DNA from: Gammaproteobacteria bacterium
GTDB taxonomy: Bacteria; Pseudomonadota; Gammaproteobacteria; Eutrophobiales; Eutrophobiaceae
Assembly: GCA_965222155.1 (NCBI GenBank)
Contig: CBDCTH010000012.1
Span: forward strand, 3,200,001 to 3,264,000
Reading direction: 5' to 3'
Length of the DNA: 64,000 nt
Each line of letters starts with the position of its first letter. Position 1 is the stretch's first letter. The notes beneath the pieces were generated by a model. The model did no database searches, was not told the DNA's origin, and was given only the letters and a program-made list of their open reading frames with translations. The translations under genes and the position numbers were made by a program. Shown here one piece after another: positions 48,460 through 57,860 of this stretch.

Positions 48460-50352
48460 ATGCGGGCTAGTGAACAGGAATACGGCGTAATTATCGTCGG
48501 CGGGGGCCATGCCGGGACCGAGGCGGCCCTGGCCTGCTCGCGCATGGGTGTGCGTACCCTGCTGTTGACCCACAGTATCGATACCCTGGGGCAGATGTCG
48601 TGCAACCCGGCCATCGGCGGCATCGGTAAAGGCCACCTGGTGAAGGAGATAGACGCCCTGGGCGGGGTCATGGCCCAGGCGGCGGACCGCAGCGGGATAC
48701 AGTTCCGTATCCTCAATGCCCGCAAGGGTCCTGCGGTACGGGCCACCCGGGCGCAGATTGATCGCAGCTTGTACAAAGGGGTCATCCGGCCCCTGCTGGA
48801 GCGGGCGGAAGACCTGCATTTGTTCCAGCAGGCTGTTGATGACCTGGTTATCGAAGGCGACCGTATCAAGGGCGTAGTGACGCAGACGGGTCTGCGTTTT
48901 CACGCTGCCTGCGTGGTGTTGACGGCGGGCACGTTCCTGGCCGGCAGGATCCACGTGGGCGAAACTGGTTACCAGGGCGGACGGGCGGGTGAGCCGCCGG
49001 CGAATACCCTGGCGGCGCGTTTGCGGGACCTGCCGTTCCGGACTGGACGGTTGAAGACCGGTACGCCGCCACGTCTCGACGGCAGGACCATCGATTACGA
49101 TCAACTCAGCGAGCAACCGGGCGACATCCCTACGCCGGTTTTTTCATTCATGGGAACGACTGGGCAGCACCCGCGGCAGGTCCCATGCCATATCACCCAT
49201 ACCAACGAGCGTACCCATGACATCATTCGCGCCGGGCTGGATCGCTCGCCCATGTATAACGGCGCGATTGAAAGTGTCGGCCCGCGGTATTGCCCCTCGG
49301 TAGAGGATAAGGTCGTCCGCTTTGCCGACAAAACCTCTCACCAGATCTTTATCGAACCGGAAGGACTGAGCAGCGCGGAAGTTTATCCGAACGGCATATC
49401 CACCAGCCTGCCTTTTGACGTGCAACTCGACCTGGTGCGGTCGATCAAGGGGTTTGAGCGGGTACATATCACGCGTCCCGGCTACGCTATCGAATATGAT
49501 TATTTCGATCCCCGCGACCTGCATCCGTGGCTGGAATCCAAGTTCATCTCCGGCTTGTTTTTTGCCGGGCAGGTAAACGGCACGACCGGCTATGAAGAGG
49601 CGGCTTGCCAGGGACTGTTAGCCGGTATCAACGCGGCCTTGCGGATCAGGCAGCGTGAGTCCTGGAGTCCACGTCGGGACCAGGGCTATATCGGTGTGCT
49701 GATCGATGACCTGACCACCCGTGGCGTCACCGAGCCATATCGCATGTTCACCAGCCGGGCGGAATACCGCCTGTTGCTGAGAGAGGACAACGCCGACCTG
49801 CGCCTGACCGGGGTCGGTCGTGAACTCGGCCTGATTGATGAACGGAGGTGGCGCAGTTTCCAGGAAAAGAGCGAGGCTATTACGGCAGAACAGCAACGCC
49901 TGGCCTCCATCTGGATAGCCGCGGATACCCTGCCCGGTGAGGTTGCCGCGCAGGTGTTCGGACAGTCATTGCACAAGGATGTCAATTTGTTGCAGTTACT
50001 GCGCCGTCCCGGCGTCGGTTACGCAGACCTGGCCGGACTCCCCGATTTCGAGCCTGCCGAAATCCCACTGCAGGTGGCAGAGCAAATTGAGGTGCAGGCC
50101 AAGTACCACGGTTATATCGAACGCCAGGAACAGGATATTGCCCGCAACAAACGTGATGAAAATACCCGGTTTCCCGATAACGTCAATTTTCTGTCTGTAT
50201 CCGGCTTGTCAACTGAAGTGGCGCAAAAGCTGTCAGCGCAACGACCGGATACTCTGGGCCAGGCGTCCCGCATCCCGGGGGTGACGCCCGCGGCCGTGTC
50301 TTTGTTGCGGGTGTATTTAAAGAAGCATTCACTGTTAAAAAGCGCCTCATAG
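48460..50352 (+). CDS. mnmG: tRNA uridine 5-carboxymethylaminomethyl modification enzyme MnmG/GidA
   Basis: [59 protein letters not shown]. Confidence 0.98.
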   Translation: MRASEQEYGVIIVGGGHAGTEAALACSRMGVRTLLLTHSIDTLGQMSCNPAIGGIGKGHLVKEIDALGGVMAQAADRSGIQFRILNARKGPAVRATRAQIDRSLYKGVIRPLLERAEDLHLFQQAVDDLVIEGDRIKGVVTQTGLRFHAACVVLTAGTFLAGRIHVGETGYQGGRAGEPPANTLAARLRDLPFRTGRLKTGTPPRLDGRTIDYDQLSEQPGDIPTPVFSFMGTTGQHPRQVPCHITHTNERTHDIIRAGLDRSPMYNGAIESVGPRYCPSVEDKVVRFADKTSHQIFIEPEGLSSAEVYPNGISTSLPFDVQLDLVRSIKGFERVHITRPGYAIEYDYFDPRDLHPWLESKFISGLFFAGQVNGTTGYEEAACQGLLAGINAALRIRQRESWSPRRDQGYIGVLIDDLTTRGVTEPYRMFTSRAEYRLLLREDNADLRLTGVGRELGLIDERRWRSFQEKSEAITAEQQRLASIWIAADTLPGEVAAQVFGQSLHKDVNLLQLLRRPGVGYADLAGLPDFEPAEIPLQVAEQIEVQAKYHGYIERQEQDIARNKRDENTRFPDNVNFLSVSGLSTEVAQKLSAQRPDTLGQASRIPGVTPAAVSLLRVYLKKHSLLKSAS

Positions 50353-50353
50353 T

Positions 50354-51028
50354 ATGGGGACGGAATTGAATTCCGTCCCCGTTGCTCCCATTTCCCCATT
50401 GCACGAAGAACAACTTCTACGACACTTGCACCAGGGCCTGACCGACCTCGGCCTTGATCCGCAGGCCTGTCCTTGCGACGCTTATCTTGCATATATCGAC
50501 CTGCTGGCCAAGTGGAACCGGGCCTACAACCTGACGGGGGTGCGCGAGAAGAAGCAGATGATTCATACCCACGTGCTCGACAGTCTTGCAGTGTTACCTT
50601 ATATTCGGGGAAACCGTTGTCTTGATGCCGGGACCGGCGCGGGTTTGCCCGGTTTCATCCTGGCCCTGACCCAGCCGGAGCAGGAATGGACCTTATTGGA
50701 CTCAAATGGTAAGAAAATCCGTTTCTTACACCAACTCCTGTTTGAGTTGAAGACTGAAAACGTCGAGATCGTCCATTCCCGCGCAGAGAAGTTCTTGTCA
50801 TCCGTTGCGTATTCATCCATTATTTCCAGGGCATTCGGTACGCTGGACGTGTTCTACCGGGCCGTGGAGCATTTATCGCATCCGGGCGCCAGACTACTGG
50901 CGATGAAAGGTAAGCTGCCGGAGGAAGAATTGCAGGAAGTTGCCGGGTTTAAGAAATATATCTCAATACAGGCATTGCAGGTTCCCGGTATTGATGCTCA
51001 CAGAAGCCTGGTGATTTTAGAGCGATAA
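50354..51028 (+). CDS. rsmG: 16S rRNA m7G527 methyltransferase (true start may be TTG 50399, after a REP)
   Basis: KWNRAYNLT, HVLDSL, DAGTGAGLPG, SRAF. Confidence 0.95.
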   Translation: MGTELNSVPVAPISPLHEEQLLRHLHQGLTDLGLDPQACPCDAYLAYIDLLAKWNRAYNLTGVREKKQMIHTHVLDSLAVLPYIRGNRCLDAGTGAGLPGFILALTQPEQEWTLLDSNGKKIRFLHQLLFELKTENVEIVHSRAEKFLSSVAYSSIISRAFGTLDVFYRAVEHLSHPGARLLAMKGKLPEEELQEVAGFKKYISIQALQVPGIDAHRSLVILER

Positions 51029-51082
51029 AAAACAGGATTCAAACTGCGTGAACCTGTGCCGGAATGACGAGACATTGTTGTT

Positions 51083-51877
51083 ATGGGCTTATTCAGCAAA
51101 CAAGATACCAGGATCATGGCGGTCACGAACCAGAAAGGCGGGGTCGGGAAAACGACGACCAGTGTGAACCTGGCCGCATCCCTGGCCTCGGCCAAACGCA
51201 AGGTATTGCTTATCGATCTTGACCCCCAGGGAAATGCCACCATGGGTAGCGGCATCGATAAATCCAGAGTGGAGTATACCGGATATGACGTTCTGGCAGG
51301 AGAGATGAAATTTGCGGAAGTACTGGTGCAGGCGCCGCTATCAGGCTACGACCTGGTGCCGGGCAACTCCGACCTGACCGCCGCTGAAGTGGCCTTGCTG
51401 AAGAAAAAAGCACGGGGAGACCGATTGCGCAATACGATTGCGCCGGTACGCTCCCGCTACCAGTTTATTATTATTGACTGCCCGCCTTCATTGAACATGT
51501 TGACGGTGAATGCATTGGTTGCCGCCGATACCGTTATCATTCCCATACAATGCGAGTATTACGCCCTGGAAGGTTTAACGGCCCTGTTGGAGACGATAGA
51601 AAAAATTCGCAAGTATTATAACCCGCATCTCAAAATCGGCGGGCTGTTGCGCACCATGTATGATGCACGTAACAAACTGTCCTCCCAGGTGTCGGAACAA
51701 TTGCTGAAACACTTTGGCGACAAGGTATACAAGACGATCATCCCGCGCAACGTACGCCTGGCGGAGGCCCCAAGTCATGGCCTCCCTATTATAAAATATG
51801 ACAGGACCTCCCGCGGCGCGATAGCCTATCTGAGCCTGGCCAGTGAAATGCTAAGCCGGGAGGAAAAAGCAGCTTGA
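51083..51877 (+). CDS. parA: Chromosome partitioning ATPase
   Basis: NQKGGVGKTTT, DLDPQGNAT, DCPPSL, IPRNVRLAEAPS. Confidence 0.97.
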   Translation: MGLFSKQDTRIMAVTNQKGGVGKTTTSVNLAASLASAKRKVLLIDLDPQGNATMGSGIDKSRVEYTGYDVLAGEMKFAEVLVQAPLSGYDLVPGNSDLTAAEVALLKKKARGDRLRNTIAPVRSRYQFIIIDCPPSLNMLTVNALVAADTVIIPIQCEYYALEGLTALLETIEKIRKYYNPHLKIGGLLRTMYDARNKLSSQVSEQLLKHFGDKVYKTIIPRNVRLAEAPSHGLPIIKYDRTSRGAIAYLSLASEMLSREEKAA

Positions 51878-51893
51878 ACACAGGGTCAAACGA

Positions 51894-52769
51894 ATGAACA
51901 CACGAAAAAGAGGTTTGGGTAGAGGGTTGGACGCATTATTGGGTTCCGTTCCCGCGGCCGGCATAACCGATACGGATAAGGTGGAGGAACTGCGCACGTT
52001 GCCGGTCGACCTGTTGCAACGGGGCAGCTATCAACCGCGCATGGACTTTGAAAAGGACGCCATGCAGGAATTGGCGGATTCCATCAAAGCGCAGGGTGTG
52101 CTCCAGCCTGTCATGGTCAGGCCCCTGGCCGATTCAGGAAAATTTGAGATCATTGCCGGCGAACGGCGCTGGCGCGCGGCGCAGCTGGCGGGATTGCATG
52201 AGATCCCCGCGGTGGTTAGAAAGCTGGATGATCAAACGGCAATGTGTATCGCTCTTATAGAGAATATCCAGAGGGAAGACCTGAACCCGTTGGAACATGC
52301 CCGCGGTTTGTCACGCTTGTCGGAGGAGTTCGACATGACCCATGACGACATTGCCGAGTCGGTTGGCCGCTCGCGCTCGGCGGTGACAAATATGTTGCGC
52401 CTGCTGGAGTTAAGTGATGAGGTGAAACATTTACTGGAAAGCCGGCAACTGGAGATGGGTCACGCCCGGGCCTTGTTGACCCTGACTGAGCAACAACAGA
52501 AATGGGCAGCCCGGCAAATCATCAAATCGGGCTTATCGGTACGCAAAGCCGAAGCGCTGGTGCGGCGCCTGCAGAACGTAAAGACCACATTGAAATCCGG
52601 GCAAGACCGCGCTGATCCCAATATAAAACTGCTGGAAACGGAGTTGTCCGAACAACTGGGCACAGCCGTTACCGTACAACAGCAAAAGCAAGGTAAGGGC
52701 ACGCTCCGCATCGCTTACAGCTCACTGGCGCAACTGGATGGCATCCTGGCCAGGATCCGCAGAAGATAG
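51894..52769 (+). CDS. parB: Chromosome partitioning protein
   Basis: GLGRGLDALL, YQPR, AGERRWRA, ENIQREDL. Confidence 0.97.
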   Translation: MNTRKRGLGRGLDALLGSVPAAGITDTDKVEELRTLPVDLLQRGSYQPRMDFEKDAMQELADSIKAQGVLQPVMVRPLADSGKFEIIAGERRWRAAQLAGLHEIPAVVRKLDDQTAMCIALIENIQREDLNPLEHARGLSRLSEEFDMTHDDIAESVGRSRSAVTNMLRLLELSDEVKHLLESRQLEMGHARALLTLTEQQQKWAARQIIKSGLSVRKAEALVRRLQNVKTTLKSGQDRADPNIKLLETELSEQLGTAVTVQQQKQGKGTLRIAYSSLAQLDGILARIRRR

Positions 52770-52798
52770 AAATGGGAGACAGGTTCTGAGCCGCATAC

Positions 52799-54901
52799 AT
52801 GCCGCATTTTCTTGACCCGCTGTTGCGCCCGAACTCCATCGCCGTGGTCGGCGCGACCCGGCGCGCGAACGCCGTCGGCAATACAGTGTTGAAAAATCTG
52901 GCGCGGGGAGAGTTCCCGGGCGCTCTCTATGCCGTGAATCCCCGTTACGAGGAGGTCGAGGGTATACCCTGTTATCCGTCCCTGGACGCTTTGCCGCGAC
53001 CTGTCGAACACGTGATCTTTGCCGTCAGCGACCAAAGGCTGGAAGCGGCGCTGGATGAGTCGATTGCCCACGGGATCAAGGCAGCTATGATCTATTCCTC
53101 CCTGGTGCTGGATGACGATACCGCGCCGTTGCTCAGGCAGAGGATTCGGCAAAAGGCGAAACAGGCGAACCTGTTACTTTGCGGCGCCAACAGCATGGGA
53201 TTTTATAACTTTGCCCATAACGTCTGGGTCGGCGGCTTTGCCACCCGCTCCCACCGAAAGCCGGGTAACGTTGCCCTCATCAGTCAATCCGGCGCCGGCA
53301 TGTCCGGCATCCTGGACGCGGATGAACGTATCGATTTCAATTGCGCCGTGTCAACGGGACTGGAACTGACCGTCACGGCTGAAGACTATCTTGATTACGC
53401 ACTGGAACAGCCTGAAACCCGGGTCGTCGGCCTGTTCCTGGAAACCAGCCGCTATCCGGCGAAACTGGTCGCGGGATTTAAAAAAGCCATTGAGCGAAAC
53501 ATCCCCATCGTTGTCGTCAAAGTCGGTCGAACCGAACTGGCGGCGCAACTGACCGTATCCCATTCCGGCGCCCTGGCCGGGAGCGATACCGGTTATGGCG
53601 CCATTTTCGACCGTTACGGGGTACAACGCGTTGACGATATGGAGCAACTGGCAACGGCATTGATCATGTTTGCCCAGCCCCACCCCGTCTGCTCCGGCGG
53701 CATCGTTACCATCCATGACTCCGGTGGCGAACGACAATTGATTATCGATATGGCCGACAAACTGGGGACGCCCCTGGCCGACATTTCCGCAGGAACGACA
53801 AAAACACTGGAAGCATTATTGGACCCCGGCCTGGCGGCGGTAAACCCCCTGGACGTCTGGAGCGCCGGCGGGCCCGATTATGAGGAGAGACTCGAAGGCT
53901 GTTTTGCCGCCTTGTTAAAAGATAAAGATACGGCCCTGGGCGCCATCGTCCATGACCGGACCGCTCATGGCCGGATTTATCCTGAATACATCCGTCATCT
54001 CCGCAAGGGCCATGCAGCTTCCGGCAAGCCGGTTTTCCTGGTTTCCAACAGACAAGGGACGGGCGCCGATACCAACGTCGTTGAAACAACCCGCGCCGGC
54101 TTTCCCGTCCTGGACGGCATCGCTTCCTTCCTGAGCGGCGCGAAATGCATGATGGCCTACCGTGATTTCCTGGCCCGGTCCGTTAGCAGGCCGCCCGAGC
54201 TGTCCCGGTCTGTTTTGACGAAGTGGCGCGCCCGGTTGGCCGAGACAGACGTAGGCGATGAAATCGAGGCTAACCGGTTTTTGCATGAGTGCGGCATTCC
54301 CATGGTAAATACGTGGCTGGTAAATAATGAGGATGAATTAGCAAACCTGGGACCGGACTTGAGCTATCCGGTCGTGGTCAAGACAGCGGTACCGGGTATC
54401 CGCCATAAGTCGGACGTGGATGGGGTCAGGCTGAATGTGCGTGATGAGACGGAATTACTGCATGTTTATCGCGATTTATCCGGGCGCCTGGGTAGCCGGG
54501 CTGTGGTTGCCCCCATGCTGAATGCCCCTGGTGTGGAAATGATCCTCGGTCTTGCCGCTGATGAGCAGTTTGGTCCTATGGTCGTGATGGGTATTGGCGG
54601 TGTTCATGCAGAATTGTTACGGGATTTTGTCACCGTTGCGCCACCGTTCGACGCTGCCACGGCGTTCCGCTGCCTGGATAGATTGAAAATGAGAAAACTA
54701 ATGAACGGCATGCGCGGCGCCCCGGCTGTGGACGTCCCGGCCTTCTGTGAAGCGGCGGCTATTCTATCAGTAATGGCGCTGGAGTTCGCGGATTTGCTGA
54801 CAGAAGTGGATATCAACCCGATCAAGGTCCTTGAACAGGGTTGCGTAGGTCTGGATGCCCTCGTAGCCGGAAAGACAAACGCCGGAAAGACGCCAAAATG
54901 A
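52799..54901 (+). CDS. Acetate/acyl-CoA ligase (ADP-forming) family
   Basis: PNSIAVVGA, SQSG, SHSGALAG, HKSDVDGV, DINP. Confidence 0.92.
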   Translation: MPHFLDPLLRPNSIAVVGATRRANAVGNTVLKNLARGEFPGALYAVNPRYEEVEGIPCYPSLDALPRPVEHVIFAVSDQRLEAALDESIAHGIKAAMIYSSLVLDDDTAPLLRQRIRQKAKQANLLLCGANSMGFYNFAHNVWVGGFATRSHRKPGNVALISQSGAGMSGILDADERIDFNCAVSTGLELTVTAEDYLDYALEQPETRVVGLFLETSRYPAKLVAGFKKAIERNIPIVVVKVGRTELAAQLTVSHSGALAGSDTGYGAIFDRYGVQRVDDMEQLATALIMFAQPHPVCSGGIVTIHDSGGERQLIIDMADKLGTPLADISAGTTKTLEALLDPGLAAVNPLDVWSAGGPDYEERLEGCFAALLKDKDTALGAIVHDRTAHGRIYPEYIRHLRKGHAASGKPVFLVSNRQGTGADTNVVETTRAGFPVLDGIASFLSGAKCMMAYRDFLARSVSRPPELSRSVLTKWRARLAETDVGDEIEANRFLHECGIPMVNTWLVNNEDELANLGPDLSYPVVVKTAVPGIRHKSDVDGVRLNVRDETELLHVYRDLSGRLGSRAVVAPMLNAPGVEMILGLAADEQFGPMVVMGIGGVHAELLRDFVTVAPPFDAATAFRCLDRLKMRKLMNGMRGAPAVDVPAFCEAAAILSVMALEFADLLTEVDINPIKVLEQGCVGLDALVAGKTNAGKTPK

Positions 54902-55057
54902 TCTTTATTGTTAACTGACCATACAGGCGCCGGTAAGGATCATCCCGCCGCCATCATGCCGGCACAGTCCCGCCGTCGTCATGCTGGCGAATACCGGAAT
55001 CCAGTAAACAAAATGCTCATTACAGCCCCGTATCCGGATACCCGCATTGTCCCTCTC

Positions 55058-55292
55058 CAGCAGGTTGGTGAGTCCCCCGTGCAACCCATCCCAGCGTTGC
55101 GCATCACTGACCTCATCCCGGTCAATGCTCAATTCGGTCTCACCCTTGACCTTGAGGTACTTCTTATAGCCGTAGTTGTTCGGCAAGTCTTTGGGATTTT
55201 TGCTCTTGCTCAGTTTTTGAGCAGGTTACTGAGTGCGCGCTCCCGGTTGCGGCGGTCTTTCCCGGCCCGCACCGGGGCATAGCTGACCACCC
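55058..55292 (-). pseudogene. Internal fragment of a second IS1634-family transposase
   Basis: VVSYAPVRAGKDRRNRERAL ... NNYGYKKYLKV ... RWDGLHG. Confidence 0.7.
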
Positions 55293-55317
55293 CCCGGCGA
55301 TTTCTGCTGAAGCCAGC

Positions 55318-55752
55318 TCAGCTACACCGCGCGTCGCCGCCCTCATTACAACAAGTCCACCAGCGAAAATAAGCGCTAGACTCTCCGTCGCCCATACCAT
55401 GCCTCCACTTTTGATAAGCCGTTGCATTATATGTGCCCCCAGGGTCGAGTGTAAAGAGCTCGTCCGAACCTTTATTGACAACGACTCTCACCTTTACGGG
55501 GTAACTGCATTGGTTCCTGGCATGAAGTTCCTTGGGGTATAAGCAGAGATTCGTGCTCGGGTGAGCACAACGTTTGGAGTCAATACGTCCACTGTCATAA
55601 TTAATAAGTTTAAGCTTATAACAAGCGGGGGGCGCCCGGAACGAGGACCTGGAACACTCTGCGATACTCGCTGAGGTAAACAGGCACGACACCACAAACG
55701 CGCCAGCCAATGTAACCCACCGGAAGGGGGAGAGTTGAGTTATGTGCATCAT
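55318..55752 (-). CDS. Secreted cysteine-rich hypothetical protein
   Basis: Signal peptide ending ASIA; 8 Cys in the mature part; GGAGG RBS. Confidence 0.7.
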   Translation of the reverse strand: MMHITQLSPFRWVTLAGAFVVSCLFTSASIAECSRSSFRAPPACYKLKLINYDSGRIDSKRCAHPSTNLCLYPKELHARNQCSYPVKVRVVVNKGSDELFTLDPGGTYNATAYQKWRHGMGDGESSAYFRWWTCCNEGGDARCS

Positions 55753-55951
55753 GATTGCCTCCGGTAATGATCTTAGTCATCTTGGATTGTTACAACAGTA
55801 CCTTCTTGTCAAAACATGGTCCTGTTCTCCTTCAACGCATCCTCTTCAGGAGTCAGTAACTGTGTAAAATGACACTGTTTTTATTATACCTTTTCCTAAG
55901 AGGTTTGTAAGTGAACACCCGGATACAACACACCAATTAAATCAAATTTGA

Positions 55952-57276
55952 CAGGGCAACCGCATACTTTTATCCGGCTTGCCCAAATAGGATTTCAGCC
56001 CGTCTCGTATCACTCCACCCGGCCTGCTTGAGCTTCCCCCGCATACTGTTCTTGTGTGGGTGCAGCCGTGCCAGGTTCAAACAGAAGCGCCGGATTATCC
56101 CCACGTTCTCCGCCCCATTGCCCCGTCGTAGCCGACAGTCATCTTCCTTGAACGCCACGTCCAGCACCCAATGCGCCTTGTTCTCCACGTCCCAATGCTG
56201 ACGTATCCCGCGCGCCACCCGCACCGCAGCCACCGGCAGGGAACTGATAGAGTACTGTGTCTCGGTCTCCATGTCTTGCCCCGGCAGGTGTCGTTCCCGC
56301 TCCATCTCAATCACCGTTTGCAACCCCGGCCACTTGACTGCCTCACTACTCCATGCCGTCACCCGCAGTTGCCGACAGACACGCCGCGCCACCCGGCCAT
56401 GCCCCCCATCGACTTACCTCTACACCGCCAACGTCGCCGGCTTATCGCGCGTAACCTTATGAAAGTACGCCTTTATTTCCCGTTGTAAGGTCTTATGATT
56501 GGCCTTCAGACACAACGTGTAATCGCCCCCCTTCTCGTGTATCTTCCGGGCAATCTTCTTCTGCGTGCTCATTGCGCCCGTCCCTGGGCGCAACCCGTCG
56601 GGCGGCTGGCGCCGTGCAAATCGTCTGTCCTGACGATTTGTCATCGCATCCGCAGTAATATGTGCTCCTTTGACGTGCAACACATCCAACATCTCCAACA
56701 CCGATGCCTGCTCGTTCTTCTTCCCCTTCGACTTCATCTGTGCCAGCACCAGCCCGCATTCATGGCCCCAGGCCGTGATGCTGTGCAAGGCCGCCTGCCT
56801 CTCTCCGTCATGGGAACTTTGTTGAGGTCTTCCCATCCAGGGCAATCTGCGCCTGGCCCTGCTCACGCCGGACCGCATTCACCCAATTCAAAAACGCCCG
56901 GTTGAACTGCACCGGGTCCAGCGCCCGCACTACCCGCGCAATCGTATCATCCACCGGTATCCCGTTAGCAAACGGCCGGTAGTGGCGTAACCAAGCCAGC
57001 TTCTCATCACCAAAATCCTTGCTGTCTTTCCAGCCCGCCGCCCCCGACAGCACCGCACTCACTGTCAAAAACAGACTGTCCAACAGCGCATGTTTCATAT
57101 TGATATCACGACGCGGGTCATCAATCGTGGCCACATGCCAGTAAACTCATGGTTTTCTCCTCAAGTTGGGGGTAACACTGCTATGATCCCCACAAAATTC
57201 ATGAGTTCACCGCTTGTTCATAACTTATTGGACTAAAAAACTACATCCTTATGACAAAAAGCATGATCTTGCCCTG
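55952..57276 (-). mobile_element. ISAs1-family element with frameshifted transposase
   Basis: CAGGGCAA termini, 10-bp TSD TCAAATTTGA; DPRR, GIPVDDT, IALDGK, KANH, HWDVEN..HWVLDV.F.ED in shifting frames. Confidence 0.92.
56571..56642 (+). repeat. 72-bp four-hairpin element, copy 4, inserted in frame in the ISAs1 transposase
   Basis: Splits ADAM|STQKK with 24 extra codons; TC duplicated at 56569 and 56641. Confidence 0.92.
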
Positions 57277-57352
57277 TCAAATTTGAAAACTTCAGTGACC
57301 AGATGATTTACAAAACTGATAATGATTACTACAATTACCATTTTTAGATAAA

Positions 57353-57694
57353 TTGGTAATTATTGTGACCAGTATAAAATCAGGCAAGAAACGGACTGCT
57401 GTCGTCTTCCCTAAAAACCGACGCGTACTGGAGCAGCTTGGCGAAAATATCAAACTGGCGTGTAAGCGTAGAGGCTATACCCAGATCTTGATATCGGAAC
57501 GCACGGGCTTGAGCCGCGTAACCATCCGCAAGATCGAGAAGGGGGATCCTACCGTTTCCATCGGTCATTATCTGGCCGTGCTTGGCGTGCTCGGACTTGC
57601 CGATGATCTTGCCAGGGTCGCCGGCGACGATGAACTGGGGCGGAAGCTTCAGGATATCAAGCTGATGGGCAAAAACGAGGGGCGCAACCAATGA
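57353..57694 (+). CDS. XRE/HTH antitoxin (HipB-like)
   Basis: LGENIKLACKRRG.TQ..ISERTGLSRVTIRKIEKGDP; overlaps a HipA-like start. Confidence 0.85.
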   Translation: MVIIVTSIKSGKKRTAVVFPKNRRVLEQLGENIKLACKRRGYTQILISERTGLSRVTIRKIEKGDPTVSIGHYLAVLGVLGLADDLARVAGDDELGRKLQDIKLMGKNEGRNQ

Positions 57695-57777
57695 CCACGG
57701 AGGTCTATGTCTTTGCAGACTGGGAAGAATTCAAAGAGCCGGCACTGGTCGGTACGCTCCGGTCTTCTGTGGCACGA
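57691..57777 (+). pseudogene. HipA-like toxin N-terminal fragment
   Basis: MTTEVYVFADWEEFKEPALVGTL, then homology is lost. Confidence 0.7.
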
Positions 57778-57860
57778 CCGACAAGAAGAAATTCTGATCG
57801 AACACCTAAAGGTAATGAACTCATCGTTAGATCGAGGTCCAGCGTTTTGACTGGCCGGAT

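Larger units (their letters stand above)
48011..48466. mobile_element. 456-bp composite MITE inserted in the 5' end of mnmG
   Basis: Perfect 17-bp TIR CCCGCATTTCTCACCAG, CTAG on both flanks; contains three 72-bp elements. Confidence 0.9.

Noticed and set aside
47952-48470. oriC upstream of mnmG
   Set aside because: No TTATCCACA-type DnaA boxes or AT-rich 13-mers seen; the region is explained by a MITE
47988-48470. 160-aa ORF as a genuine novel protein
   Set aside because: It is the native mnmG start reading through repeat DNA; treated as a by-product of the insertion
54911-55186. 91-aa ORF as a partner of the Cys-rich protein
   Set aside because: Its first half is an IS1634 transposase fragment and the second half runs through a REP
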